Positions 1-10,263 of a stretch of 64,000 nt of DNA are shown here, in pieces. The notes under the pieces are model-generated. The model saw only the letters and a list, made by a program, of their open reading frames with translations. It was not told the DNA's origin and did not search any database. Position 1 is the stretch's first letter. Each line of letters starts with the position of its first letter. Source of the DNA: a virus (taxonomy: Duplodnaviria; Caudoviricetes); IMG/VR virus record IMGVR_UViG_3300035498_000319, positions 1 to 64,000 of that record. One strand, 5' to 3'. A program made the position numbers and the translations under genes.

Positions 1-24
1 GATTCTCTATCTCAAGACATTATT

Positions 25-609
25 ATGGAGAGATATAAGATTCTTAATTCTCTTCAATACATAGATACCAATATCATTCTATTTGAAGTTCCAGAAGGAT
101 CTCCTAGACCTAGATTTAGATTAGTCAATAGAAAGAATCTATCTAATATGGCTTTATCTAATCCTAACTTTGTTCATGTATATTCTCTTACAGGTAAAGA
201 GGATAATGTGTTTATGAAGAGACTTATGAGTCAAGAAGATTTTAATGCATTAGATTCTATGATATGCACTCCATGCAATATAGATATCTGTGCTTACTTT
301 AAAACTCCTTCTTACTTTAATAAAACAGAAACAATGTTGGCTGAAATAGGATTGGAGAGACCTATAACAAAACCAGACTGGGATAATATAGAGAAGAAAT
401 ATAGCGATATGTTTAATGCAAATGTTTGGCTAGATGATACTCTTGTTATAGATGGATCTATCCATAGATACTATTCTATATTGCCTAGGGTAGAGATACA
501 TATAAGATATCTAAATATGCTATACAACAGCCATCAATATAAATCTATTATAAATAGATCGGACTATAACGAAGACTATAATGTGCAATATTATAAGAGG
601 GAGACATAA
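25..609 (+). CDS. rusA: RusA-like Holliday junction resolvase (may begin upstream of the window)
   Basis: PRPRF N-terminal motif; KPDWDNIEKKYSD and WLDD match the RusA KPDxDNxxK...D...DD catalytic signature. Confidence 0.8.
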   Translation: MERYKILNSLQYIDTNIILFEVPEGSPRPRFRLVNRKNLSNMALSNPNFVHVYSLTGKEDNVFMKRLMSQEDFNALDSMICTPCNIDICAYFKTPSYFNKTETMLAEIGLERPITKPDWDNIEKKYSDMFNANVWLDDTLVIDGSIHRYYSILPRVEIHIRYLNMLYNSHQYKSIINRSDYNEDYNVQYYKRET

Positions 610-624
610 ATCTCCCTCTTTATT

Positions 625-1563
625 TTACTTTCTCAGATTATCAATCAGATCCTGCATATATGCTTCATCAATCTTATATAACTGCATTGTATTTACAGTC
701 TCAATGAAAGTATACATAACCTGCATACGATCTACAATCTTAGGAATGTTGAGATTTGCTCCTTCGCAGAACTCTTCTTTCAGATTATCATGCTTCAGAA
801 CACTCTCACACATTGCGGTTACCATGGATTCAAATACACCCTTACGACGATCACGAATCTTAGCAATCGCTCTACGAGACATTTGCTGGAAGGATTCCTT
901 TACCTCTTCAGGCTCCTTCTCGTGTTCATCTACCTTAGCCTTAGTAAGAGCCAGGACTTCCATGATTTTATCATGGTCTTCTCTATTGTCATCCAAGAAT
1001 GTATTTACAGCATCAGATACTCTTTCTCTAATAGAATCCTCAATCTCTGAGGTATCCATAGAATCAAGTTGAGAATAGAAGTCATCCTGAAGATCTTGCT
1101 TAATATAGAAGGTATGCTCTTCTCCAGCAGCAGATTCAAGAATCTTCTTTCTAGTATCTGTAATGAGATTATACATCTCACAAAGAACAGGAGTCTTTCT
1201 TCTCATCTTAGCAAGAATCTCATTAGCATCTTCTGTAATAAGATCAGATACCATTGCTCTCATCATGCCGGTAACATTCGGCTGTTGAAGAAGAGATTCA
1301 TTCATAGCATTCTTGAATACATGATAAATTGTATCTCCAAGAAGAGCAGTAGTAACAGATTCTGACCAGCTAGTAATTCTAGCCTTCTTCTCAAGAGCAG
1401 CAGCCTTCATAGAATAAAGATTTTCAGCTTCTTTAAAAGCCTTCTTCTCTGCAAGCTTCTGCTGTCTCTTCTCCCGTTCAGCGATTTCAAACTGTTCGTT
1501 ATATGAGTTAATAGCTGCTTCAACTATTGCCTTAGTTGATACAGGCTTAGTCATCATAGACAT
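625..1563 (-). CDS. Late hypothetical protein, probably virion/head protein
   Basis: 312 aa, AAGGAGG RBS, late promoter at 1590-1601, many xxE-(S/A/G) putative maturation sites. Confidence 0.5.
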   Translation of the reverse strand: MSMMTKPVSTKAIVEAAINSYNEQFEIAEREKRQQKLAEKKAFKEAENLYSMKAAALEKKARITSWSESVTTALLGDTIYHVFKNAMNESLLQQPNVTGMMRAMVSDLITEDANEILAKMRRKTPVLCEMYNLITDTRKKILESAAGEEHTFYIKQDLQDDFYSQLDSMDTSEIEDSIRERVSDAVNTFLDDNREDHDKIMEVLALTKAKVDEHEKEPEEVKESFQQMSRRAIAKIRDRRKGVFESMVTAMCESVLKHDNLKEEFCEGANLNIPKIVDRMQVMYTFIETVNTMQLYKIDEAYMQDLIDNLRK

Positions 1564-1601
1564 TTAAATTGCCTCCTTTATAGCCTATTTATTGATATGT
1601 T

Positions 1602-4583
1602 TTAAACCAGCTCTATAGTGATATCTGGCAGTCCATTTATAGTATCTATATTGATAAACTCAGGAACCATAATATCATCAGGCATATCCATTGCATAGAT
1701 GTGCTGATAACTAGCTTCCTTGCCATTAATAGATACAAACTCGAAGTATACAATAGAGTCTTTATAAGTATTCGTAATCTCTGTAATGAGATTCGGAATA
1801 TGGAGAGACTCTATGCTATTGATATCTTCAACGTAATCCTTAATATCCTGCCTAATATCTTCCACAATATTAGACTCATAATTAGTTCTAAGCTTAAGCT
1901 TAAAGAAGAGAGAGATATTGACTCTATCAATAACTTCAAGCTCATTATCCCAAGTGAAGAACTTAGAAGGCCCATAAGTATTAAAGAACTTAAAGTCCAT
2001 TTCAAAAGCATCTTCAAGATAATCTATTGCTTTATCTATATAAGTCTTTCTAGTAACTAATTCATCAAAGAATGCTTTAGCAATATCTTCTGTCTCAAAG
2101 TATCCATACTTTACTACAGGTACTCCCTTAACATGATATCTCACCTTAGGAGTAAGTGCAGCAAATTCTTCAGGACTCATATTAGCAAGCTCTTCATCAG
2201 TATAGAACTTTCCTTCTGAATCCATCATATCATTTGTAGCTGTTACAACAGAGGATACTATTCCACTATAGTCATAGAAGAAGTCAAGTCCTCCAGAGAT
2301 CTCGTAAGTATTCGATAAGCTTAGTCCTTCCAGTCCAGGAATATAATCACTAAGAACAGGAGTTCCTAAGCCATATTCTAATTCTTGCTTAGATACTACA
2401 AAGAGCTTTGTCTTCATATTGGCATGCATATAAGCATAGCTCTCATAAGTAGAATTTATATCATATAATCCTGTATCTATTCTTAATCTAGTGCTGCTAT
2501 CGAAATAATCTTCAGTAGTGAACTTAAACTCAAAAGTGATATTGCCAAGACTTGCATCGCAATCTGTAAGTTCTCCCTTAGCCCATCTAAGAGGCTTATC
2601 TTCTTCATTGTATACGATCATAAGAACTGCAATATTACATATTACATTTCCTTCTGAGTCGTAATAAATAGGCTTATCCGATGTAGTTTCATCAGCAGCC
2701 GCTGTAGATGATAAAATGCTGAAAGTAGAAATGCCTTCAGAGGTTTCACTATCTTCTGAATCAGTTTCATCTTCAGTTTCATCAACAGACTTCTGCCATG
2801 TAAGAGCTTTTACTAAAGCAGCCTCAGATACAATCTTATCCTCACTCGGATTATCCATATCTATCTCTGTAGTTACATCAGAAGCTCTTACTGCTCCAGA
2901 GTCATAAACGTCATATGTCTCGTCTTCAGAAGATTCTGGTGCTACATATGCTTCAGGAGTAATATTCTGCTGTAGAGATATAGTCATGACGAACTCATTA
3001 TGATTCTCTAAGCAATTTCTATTCCAATCTATAGAAGTTGCTACATATTGATACATACAATTCTCATTGATGTAATCAAAGTCGAGCAACTTAGATGTAT
3101 GGATAGTAGACATAAAATAGATTCCATATAGAGGAGACTTATTAATGATAAAATCATATGGCAAATAATAAGTGAATCTACCATCATAATTCGTATCATC
3201 ATAATCAGGTAATGTCTCTCCATCTTTAAGGAGTCTAGCTTCATTAGAATTGGTCTCTAATACAATAGGAGTATTCTGTCTTAAGAAGTATTTATCCGAT
3301 CCTTCTTCTGTATCCAATTCTTCTGGTTCTATAACCATATCCACTGTATTAGTAGGAATAATGGTTGTATCATTCTTAAGTATAATGAATGAGTAATACA
3401 ATCTCTCTAAGCAATTATCCCTCTTCTTATAGAAGTACACTTTACTATAATCTGTATCAAGCATATTGAAATAATTATTCAAATCTGCTGTACTAGTAAT
3501 AGAACCTCTAGAGAGAGCTTCCTTAGGAATAATCTGTTTCAATTCTGCAATAGTCTTCTTATCATGTCCATAAGCAGATTCTCCAGTAAGAGGTTGGACT
3601 TCACAAGTGATATTGGAATATCCGAGTCTTTCTGAATTGAAGAAGCTTATCGGGTTATCATCTACCCAAGTAAAGTTTCCATCTGATCCTTGAGTAGTCT
3701 GGATATTTATAGCGATACTTGCATTAATTGCAGGTATCTTTGAATTTCTATCAAATTTGATTCTTATAGTATTAGCAGCCAGATAGGTATACCAGAAGTA
3801 TAGATCTCCTCCGGTGTCTACATTAAGCCCTTCATATACAGGAACCATGTGATATGTAGTAGATCCTTCTGTTACATCCAGACTGAATGCTGCTAGTTGT
3901 CCGGTAAATGTAAATGTAATAGTCTTAGAAGATACATCATTATTGGATAGAACTTTTGTATTCTGAGTATTCTTCTCTACTTGTCTAATCGTACACTTTA
4001 CCAATAGAGTATCAATACCATTCATACTAATCTTTACTGGTGAAGTAAGATAAGGGTTCGTAGTAGTACTCACTGGATTAGTGATATTGAAATCACTAGA
4101 CTCATATTGAGCTGTATAAGTAAACTTCTTATCTACTCCTTGGGTAGTGACTTCTACCTTCTTAATAAGAATATCGTAGTCTACATGGAATTCAAAGTTT
4201 CCGAAATAGATAGGATTATCCTTATCGAAAGTAAAACTCCAAGGTTGATCTGTCTTTACATTTCCTACAGAATTGATGATATCAGACTCTACGAATGTAA
4301 GAATTACATCCATCTGTGCAGGAACTGCATTGATATCTGTAAGACCTAATCCTAGAGCATGAGCTATAATATTCTTTTCAAATTTGGCTTTAGTAGGAAT
4401 ACTCTCATTAGAGAATTCTGAAGCCATAACTATACCATTCTGAATTAGGTCAGAAAACATCTGGCCGAAATATCCGAAGATACCAAGCATAAGAGTATCT
4501 TCATTCTCACTTACATACTGCTTCTTAACTTCATTTACAAAGTCATTTATACTATAGATATCTGAAGTAAGATTGTCTGCCAT
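1602..4583 (-). CDS. Baseplate wedge protein (T4 gp6/BW2-like), with acidic low-complexity insert
   Basis: 993 aa; TTQGSDGNF followed by ...ELKQ...ALSRGSITSTADL resembles the baseplate J/gp6 pattern; late operon. Confidence 0.6.
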   Translation of the reverse strand: MADNLTSDIYSINDFVNEVKKQYVSENEDTLMLGIFGYFGQMFSDLIQNGIVMASEFSNESIPTKAKFEKNIIAHALGLGLTDINAVPAQMDVILTFVESDIINSVGNVKTDQPWSFTFDKDNPIYFGNFEFHVDYDILIKKVEVTTQGVDKKFTYTAQYESSDFNITNPVSTTTNPYLTSPVKISMNGIDTLLVKCTIRQVEKNTQNTKVLSNNDVSSKTITFTFTGQLAAFSLDVTEGSTTYHMVPVYEGLNVDTGGDLYFWYTYLAANTIRIKFDRNSKIPAINASIAINIQTTQGSDGNFTWVDDNPISFFNSERLGYSNITCEVQPLTGESAYGHDKKTIAELKQIIPKEALSRGSITSTADLNNYFNMLDTDYSKVYFYKKRDNCLERLYYSFIILKNDTTIIPTNTVDMVIEPEELDTEEGSDKYFLRQNTPIVLETNSNEARLLKDGETLPDYDDTNYDGRFTYYLPYDFIINKSPLYGIYFMSTIHTSKLLDFDYINENCMYQYVATSIDWNRNCLENHNEFVMTISLQQNITPEAYVAPESSEDETYDVYDSGAVRASDVTTEIDMDNPSEDKIVSEAALVKALTWQKSVDETEDETDSEDSETSEGISTFSILSSTAAADETTSDKPIYYDSEGNVICNIAVLMIVYNEEDKPLRWAKGELTDCDASLGNITFEFKFTTEDYFDSSTRLRIDTGLYDINSTYESYAYMHANMKTKLFVVSKQELEYGLGTPVLSDYIPGLEGLSLSNTYEISGGLDFFYDYSGIVSSVVTATNDMMDSEGKFYTDEELANMSPEEFAALTPKVRYHVKGVPVVKYGYFETEDIAKAFFDELVTRKTYIDKAIDYLEDAFEMDFKFFNTYGPSKFFTWDNELEVIDRVNISLFFKLKLRTNYESNIVEDIRQDIKDYVEDINSIESLHIPNLITEITNTYKDSIVYFEFVSINGKEASYQHIYAMDMPDDIMVPEFINIDTINGLPDITIELV

Positions 4584-4598
4584 TTATTATTCCCTCCT

Positions 4599-5798
4599 TT
4601 ACCATCCACTAGACTTTGGTTTTTTCCATCTTAACCGATATACCATTCTCTTACCTGCTTGAGTTGCTTGAGCGTCTGGATTTGCCATCTCTATATACGG
4701 CATAGCAGAGAATGTACCATCGAAATGTCCTGTATCTGAATTCATTAGTGGAAGGTCTTCATAACTAGAATAGCCGAAGTTGCTTGCCACTTTATTAAAT
4801 TCTCTTAATATAACTGGGTCCATATCCTTTACAAATTGTCCTTTAAAGTCTACAGCAATTCTTTGTCCATCTTGAGATTGACCCATTTCACTGAAAGAAC
4901 TTCTAGGAGCTCCTGTAGGATAAACCCCTGTTACTTTAGCATAATAGATAATCGTCATACCATCTTCTCCTACTACAATCTTATAGATAGAGAATTGGTC
5001 ATGAAGTACTTTATGGATTGTATAATTAATCCATCTATCATCATCTGAATCACTTTGATCTAATTCTATTAATCCATTATTCTTTACTCTTTCATACTCA
5101 TCGTATATCTTAAATAGCATATATACTTCCAGATACTTATTATCTATAAACTCTAGAGAGAAAGATAGATCTTGATCTGATCCATAAGAAGTTCCTCTAT
5201 AAGATATCTTAGTTCCATGGATATTAGATGCAGACTCTTGATCTCCATCTGATTCCAAATCTGGTAAAGATAGTCCAGAGTTTACTGTATTGCTAAGAAG
5301 GCACATAAAGGGGTTCTTAACATTTGTTATTGAATTAGAAGTATTCAATAATGAATACTCTAATTGCTCACATACTGGCTTATATCTTCTAGCTACATCA
5401 TTAAAGAATGAGAAGTTCTGTAAAGATCTAGCTACTGTACCATTAGAGGTTTTCAATAGATGTAAATCTGGCTTAGTAAAAAATAGATACTCTCTCGCAT
5501 TCGTGAGAGCATTATAGGGGTCCATAACTGGAATACGAGAGAATCTAGAATATCTGTTTGCATTTGCATCATCGGTGTTATAAACACCGTGAGATTGCAA
5601 TTCGTTTCTTAAATCTTCATTTGTTGGCAATAACTCCGAAGCATTAGAATAATTATCTATTGCTCCAGGAAGTTTAGTACTTGTACCATAAGACTTGGTG
5701 GTAGTAGTAACCTTAGTAGTCTTATTGGTATTCTTACTACTAACAAGAGTTTTAGCATAGCCATTAACATAAATTCCGTATTCATATCCACTGGCCAT
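4599..5798 (-). CDS. Tail tube-fold/baseplate protein
   Basis: 399 aa; YLFFTKPDL, SFSLEFID and GVYPTGAP are typical of tube-fold proteins; late promoter 5832-5843; directly upstream of the wedge gene. Confidence 0.45.
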   Translation of the reverse strand: MASGYEYGIYVNGYAKTLVSSKNTNKTTKVTTTTKSYGTSTKLPGAIDNYSNASELLPTNEDLRNELQSHGVYNTDDANANRYSRFSRIPVMDPYNALTNAREYLFFTKPDLHLLKTSNGTVARSLQNFSFFNDVARRYKPVCEQLEYSLLNTSNSITNVKNPFMCLLSNTVNSGLSLPDLESDGDQESASNIHGTKISYRGTSYGSDQDLSFSLEFIDNKYLEVYMLFKIYDEYERVKNNGLIELDQSDSDDDRWINYTIHKVLHDQFSIYKIVVGEDGMTIIYYAKVTGVYPTGAPRSSFSEMGQSQDGQRIAVDFKGQFVKDMDPVILREFNKVASNFGYSSYEDLPLMNSDTGHFDGTFSAMPYIEMANPDAQATQAGKRMVYRLRWKKPKSSGW

Positions 5799-5852
5799 AT
5801 TTAATTCACCTCATTTCAAGGCTTAGTGACTTACTCTAATGTTGAGCTAGAC

Positions 5853-6089
5853 AAAAATATCGTGGGCCTCGATTGAAGCCCACGTATAGTGAAAAATATT
5901 CTCTAAGATAGGTGAGGTAATATGGTATGGAAAAGTATGATCAAACCCGCAAATGACAGTCACAAATACATGATTTTTGGAGAAAGTATTTATATATTTA
6001 CAAGGAGGCGAATCCATGAAACACTCACTTAGATCAGTGAAGTATTACCTATCTATAGAGAATAGATGAAAGTAAGGAAAAATATCCTT
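5853..6089 (-). ncRNA. Putative late small RNA (~235 nt) with anti-SD/anti-AUG tracts
   Basis: Late promoter 6089-6100 (-), terminator hairpin 5861-5884 plus U-tract, long closing stem (~5897-5922 with ~6043-6064), no ORF on this strand. Confidence 0.55.
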
Positions 6090-6216
6090 ATTAAACTGTT
6101 CTATAATTATATATTATAGAAGTGAATAAAGGCAATAATGTAAAAAGACTTTAAGGATGTATTCTTTTCTAATATTAAAGGATAGAAATCTCATAATACT
6201 CTGAAGGAGGATTGGT

Positions 6217-6273
6217 ATGACAAAATATCTCTTAGCCCACATTGAAGGAGTTAAAAAATCTTTAGATAGTTAA
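6217..6273 (+). CDS. 18-aa micropeptide MTKYLLAHIEGVKKSLDS
   Basis: Strong AAGGAGG RBS 6 nt upstream of ATG; first ORF after early promoter 6108-6117. Confidence 0.45.
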   Translation: MTKYLLAHIEGVKKSLDS

Positions 6274-6288
6274 GGAGATATTTGAGTT

Positions 6289-6597
6289 ATGCGTTTTGAA
6301 TATTATGATGATCACGAGACAGTTGAGGATATTAGAGAAGAATATAGAAGAGATCACAGACGAGGGAAAACATTGCCAGGAACTTTGAATAAAGTTCGGT
6401 TCATGAGAGAATCTATGGCAAGAGAAAGAGAGAAACATCTTCAGCAATTAGAATTTGAAGACCAGATGGAATCTCAACCATTTGCTCTCAATATTAATCT
6501 GAGAAATAAATATCAGATTGAGAGAGCAATAAAATTCTTACAGACGGCATACGATGCTACTGGTGATGAAGTTGTCAGAGTACCTGACATCTTTTAA
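6289..6597 (+). CDS. Early hypothetical protein
   Basis: 102 aa, AAGGAG RBS, inside the early unit. Confidence 0.6.
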   Translation: MRFEYYDDHETVEDIREEYRRDHRRGKTLPGTLNKVRFMRESMAREREKHLQQLEFEDQMESQPFALNINLRNKYQIERAIKFLQTAYDATGDEVVRVPDIF

Positions 6598-6659
6598 ACA
6601 TAGATTCTAAACTCATTATTGCCTTTATTTTTTATCAGATGTGCCCTTTTTAGAGGCTC

Positions 6660-6671
6660 AACATAAAAATA
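6660..6671 (+). promoter_or_regulatory. Late promoter AACA-N6-TA (representative)
   Basis: Exact copies also at 1590(-), 5832(-), 6089(-), 10191, 16634(-), 24700(-), 28061, 30704, 37273(-), 38587, 47357(-), 47802, 49406, 50990, 56477. Confidence 0.8.
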
Positions 6672-6699
6672 AATTTATGATTCAAGGAGGTATAAATCC

Positions 6700-8409
6700 G
6701 TGAAGAAATATGACCAGATTCATGAAACGGTTCTTAAAACCGTCTTCGATCTATACGATGAAATTAACGATATTGCTGATAGGGGCGATTTGGACTTCTT
6801 AAATCGCCATAGAAACACAGCAAATTTGAGATCTATTGCTAGAGCTTCTAATGATCTCATCTGTGTGTTTCCAGTATTGTCTAGTAGAAATATCTCGATT
6901 GATGCGCAATCAATGATTAGTAAAGCCATTGAAAAGAATTGTGTGAGTATGTTGCAGATTCTTTTTTCTGCATACCAGCTAACCGATTCAAAAGATGCTA
7001 TAGACTATATCTCAACTTTCCATACAAATATCAATAAATCTGCTAAACTCTTCGATGTCGATGATCTTATTGATATCGCAGATGCTATTGAAGAGGGAGC
7101 TATTAGGGCAGGTATGCCCATTGATGGCGGAACTCTTCATGCTATTAAAGAAGATATGAGGAGATTGGATTATTATCTTCCTGATAATGTAAGTCCTAAA
7201 TCTCTTGAAGAGAGCTTTTCTTACAAGCTTGATCCTAAGGGAAACTTTAAAGTGGATATCGCTATCAAGAGACCTAAGAGAATGGTTACTGAGGAAGGCT
7301 ACGACGATTTTGATGACACGTCCGCCTGGTTCAAGAATCATCAAAGTGGAGAAGCATCTCCCGATAATTCTACTGATATGAAACTTACTTTAGCTTTGCT
7401 TGCAAATAGAGACCTCTATAATAATGTAGATAGTCTTAGAAAAGGCAATGCAGCCAAAGATAAAACTATTAAAAATCAGAGAAAGACTATTGAAAATCAA
7501 GGAAAAACTATTGCAGATCAAAATAAGGAAATTAGTCGATACAAAAGTCAAGCAGCATCCACTGGGAAGATTGCTCACTCTGAAATAGAAAAGAATAAGA
7601 AATTGCAAGATCAATTAAATAAGCAGCAAGCTCAAATTGATAGAATTACTGGTGATGATGCTAGACTAGAAAGAAATTCTAAGATGGCTAGAATGGCTAA
7701 GGATAGAGCAGATGCATCAAAGGCTGCTGTAGAGATTTATAATAAGCAGGTTCTTAATACCGAATATAAGAAAGCCAATGAACTTCAACCGACTCTTATG
7801 GTTGTAAACTTCCAGTCTAAGGTAGACGATGGATATGTATGTGTAGATAGTGTAGTCATTGGAGTTAAGGCTAAGCTGTATCCTGTTAATTCTGAAGATA
7901 TGATTACCCATATTGTATCTAAAGCTAAGGATCTTAACTGGGTACAGAAATTGATTAAGGCTAGTACTAGAGAAATCTCTTTCTTTAGAGATTTTCTTTT
8001 TGCTATAGATAAAGCTAAGATTGATGCTTTGTCTCTCTCTAGAAAGGGTTCTTCAAATAAGATGTGGAAGGTTCTGGAGAGAAGAGCAAATAAGAGCAGA
8101 TTTAATAGGCTGCTTGCTAGAAAGAATGATTCTACTGCTATTACTACTGTCATGGTATCTCAGAATGAAGTAGATTTCATGAATAAGCAGTATGGAGTAG
8201 ACATTGCAGATATTTCTATTGCAAGAGGATTACTGGATAAATATAACCTCTTAGGGATTTGTATTGTAGATGAATCCCTTGAGATTGCTAAATTCATGTG
8301 GGATACTGGAGAAGATATGTGGGAAACTATATCTTTCACTAATCTTGAACGTGAATCGAATGATAATACCTATAAGAAAGTCGTTAATCTTATGACGAAA
8401 GTTATGTAA
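6700..8409 (+). CDS. Virion structural protein with central coiled coil
   Basis: 569 aa, GTG start with AAGGAGG, late promoter 6660-6671, heptad repeats KTIxNQ. Confidence 0.55.
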   Translation: MKKYDQIHETVLKTVFDLYDEINDIADRGDLDFLNRHRNTANLRSIARASNDLICVFPVLSSRNISIDAQSMISKAIEKNCVSMLQILFSAYQLTDSKDAIDYISTFHTNINKSAKLFDVDDLIDIADAIEEGAIRAGMPIDGGTLHAIKEDMRRLDYYLPDNVSPKSLEESFSYKLDPKGNFKVDIAIKRPKRMVTEEGYDDFDDTSAWFKNHQSGEASPDNSTDMKLTLALLANRDLYNNVDSLRKGNAAKDKTIKNQRKTIENQGKTIADQNKEISRYKSQAASTGKIAHSEIEKNKKLQDQLNKQQAQIDRITGDDARLERNSKMARMAKDRADASKAAVEIYNKQVLNTEYKKANELQPTLMVVNFQSKVDDGYVCVDSVVIGVKAKLYPVNSEDMITHIVSKAKDLNWVQKLIKASTREISFFRDFLFAIDKAKIDALSLSRKGSSNKMWKVLERRANKSRFNRLLARKNDSTAITTVMVSQNEVDFMNKQYGVDIADISIARGLLDKYNLLGICIVDESLEIAKFMWDTGEDMWETISFTNLERESNDNTYKKVVNLMTKVM

Positions 8410-8437
8410 AAATCTTAATGAAGGGAGCGATAAAAAT

Positions 8438-10129
8438 ATGATTATTGGTCAAGAAGACTTCTTCGATGAAGAGTTTGAAGATGACTCTACTGAAGAAGTA
8501 ATGACTGAAGGAATTCTTGACGGTGAGAAACCTCCAAAAGACTTTATAAATTTTGCAGTAAATTTCTTTAAGAAGGTTGATAAGAAAAAACCTTTAACAA
8601 AAAGAGACTTTGAAGAAAAAATAAAAAAGAATGAAAGATTTTCTTATAATTTTGAATTGCAGAATCCTAAGAAAAATGCTGCTATTGGATATGCCAAAGC
8701 TTTTGGAAAAGGGCTTTTGCTTGGAGGTGTAGCTGGACTTACAGGGCCTGCCGCTCCAGGTGTAGCTGGCGCAGGATTGGTCTTAGACTATGATAGAGAA
8801 GAAAAGATTGCGAGAAAAGATCGTATAGAACTTGCAAAAGTTATAGAAAGTTGTGGAATTACAAAGAAGAATGAGCAAAAAGGAGAATTTGATAGATATA
8901 TAGTAAAAGGAGATTATGTCTATCACGCGTGGCCCGCTGTAGCAACATCTGCTGGAACTTACACCACTTACAGCATCAGCCTCAAATGCGAAAAGAAGGA
9001 TACTACCCTAGAAGCATTCTCAATGACTATTGATGAATATTTTGCCTGTAAGCCAGAGCATCAATATAAGAATGCTCAAGAGCTTTCTGAGACTTATAAT
9101 AGAAATGCTTTCTATAGAGATCCGATTTTTAATAGAGTCATTGCAGAGCATTTTGATCTCTCGGATGCTAAGACTCGTAAAGCACTTTTGAACTTAGATG
9201 AAGCTGGACAGAATAATGTAGTGTCTTCTCTTACTTCTAAGCTCTATGATAAGATTGTAGATAGATGCGATGATATAGATTATGGAGAGATTCCTGCTAC
9301 TAAAGGAGATATTACGAAGCTTTCTAGATATTCTGATATGAAAGAGACTATCTCTATCATTCATGATCTATTGAAAGAGTATAAGCAAGATAGTTCTCCT
9401 GTAGATGAACTCTCGGTTGCTATGTCTAATATAGAGACTCGTAGAGAAATGTTTGAGAGAGCATATCGGTATAACTCGGAATTACCTATGGCTATGTATT
9501 GCAATGTAGTACTGGGCATTATTACTGGTATCTCTTATATGATTGCCACTTGTATCGAGTTTGTTAAAGATCCGAATACACAGAACTTTAGAATTTCTCT
9601 TGATAAAGTAGCATATAATAAGTCTAAAGAGCATCTAATTTATAATTCTCTTAAGTCCTTTAATAGAACTTGTAAGAATAATGAATTTGATAAAGCTATG
9701 GAAGCTGTACTGAAGGGATCTACTAAGAATTTTGCTGGTGCTGCTATTGCTGGCGGTATTGCTATTGGAGTTCTTGGTACGATTGTAGTATTGATTCCTG
9801 TATTGAGAGAATTGATCTTCTTATTCTATTATATGAGAATGAGAATATCAGACTTCTTTGATATCCAAGCGGATCTGCTTCAGATGAATGCTTATGCATT
9901 AGAAGCTAATAATACTATGGATGAAAAGAAACGTAAAGAAGTTATGAAGAAACAGCTTAAGATTGCTGAGAACTTTAGAAAGGTCTCTAATACTTTTGCT
10001 TTTGATATTAAGAAAGCAGAAGCAGAGTCTGCTAAAGAGAAGAAAGAAGAAGATGATAATAAACTTCTGATCGATGATGTCGATACTGGAAGTGGAGATG
10101 ATACTTCTTCTACTTCTGCTTTATTCTAA
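8438..10129 (+). CDS. Virion (internal head) protein with acidic propeptide and glycine-rich hydrophobic segments
   Basis: 563 aa; acidic N-terminus ending VMTE-G; two Gly-zipper/TM-like stretches. Confidence 0.55.
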   Translation: MIIGQEDFFDEEFEDDSTEEVMTEGILDGEKPPKDFINFAVNFFKKVDKKKPLTKRDFEEKIKKNERFSYNFELQNPKKNAAIGYAKAFGKGLLLGGVAGLTGPAAPGVAGAGLVLDYDREEKIARKDRIELAKVIESCGITKKNEQKGEFDRYIVKGDYVYHAWPAVATSAGTYTTYSISLKCEKKDTTLEAFSMTIDEYFACKPEHQYKNAQELSETYNRNAFYRDPIFNRVIAEHFDLSDAKTRKALLNLDEAGQNNVVSSLTSKLYDKIVDRCDDIDYGEIPATKGDITKLSRYSDMKETISIIHDLLKEYKQDSSPVDELSVAMSNIETRREMFERAYRYNSELPMAMYCNVVLGIITGISYMIATCIEFVKDPNTQNFRISLDKVAYNKSKEHLIYNSLKSFNRTCKNNEFDKAMEAVLKGSTKNFAGAAIAGGIAIGVLGTIVVLIPVLRELIFLFYYMRMRISDFFDIQADLLQMNAYALEANNTMDEKKRKEVMKKQLKIAENFRKVSNTFAFDIKKAEAESAKEKKEEDDNKLLIDDVDTGSGDDTSSTSALF

Positions 10130-10263
10130 AATCTATTGCAAAAGCCCTAGAGTGATTGGTAATATTGCTCTAGGGCAAATTAGATTTATAAACATCTTAG
10201 TAAAATCTATATTTTGATTATATTATAGATGATATACCTAATATATAAGGAGGAAAAATAACT

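Larger units (their letters stand above)
6125..6629. repeat. 16-bp perfect inverted repeat bracketing the early unit
   Basis: AATAAAGGCAATAATG (6125-6140) / CATTATTGCCTTTATT (6614-6629). Confidence 0.85.

Noticed and set aside
6217-6597. Stop-codon reassignment or read-through joining the 18-aa and 102-aa ORFs
   Set aside because: Two different in-frame stops (TAA, TGA) intervene, each ORF has its own RBS, and conserved genes translate fully in code 11.
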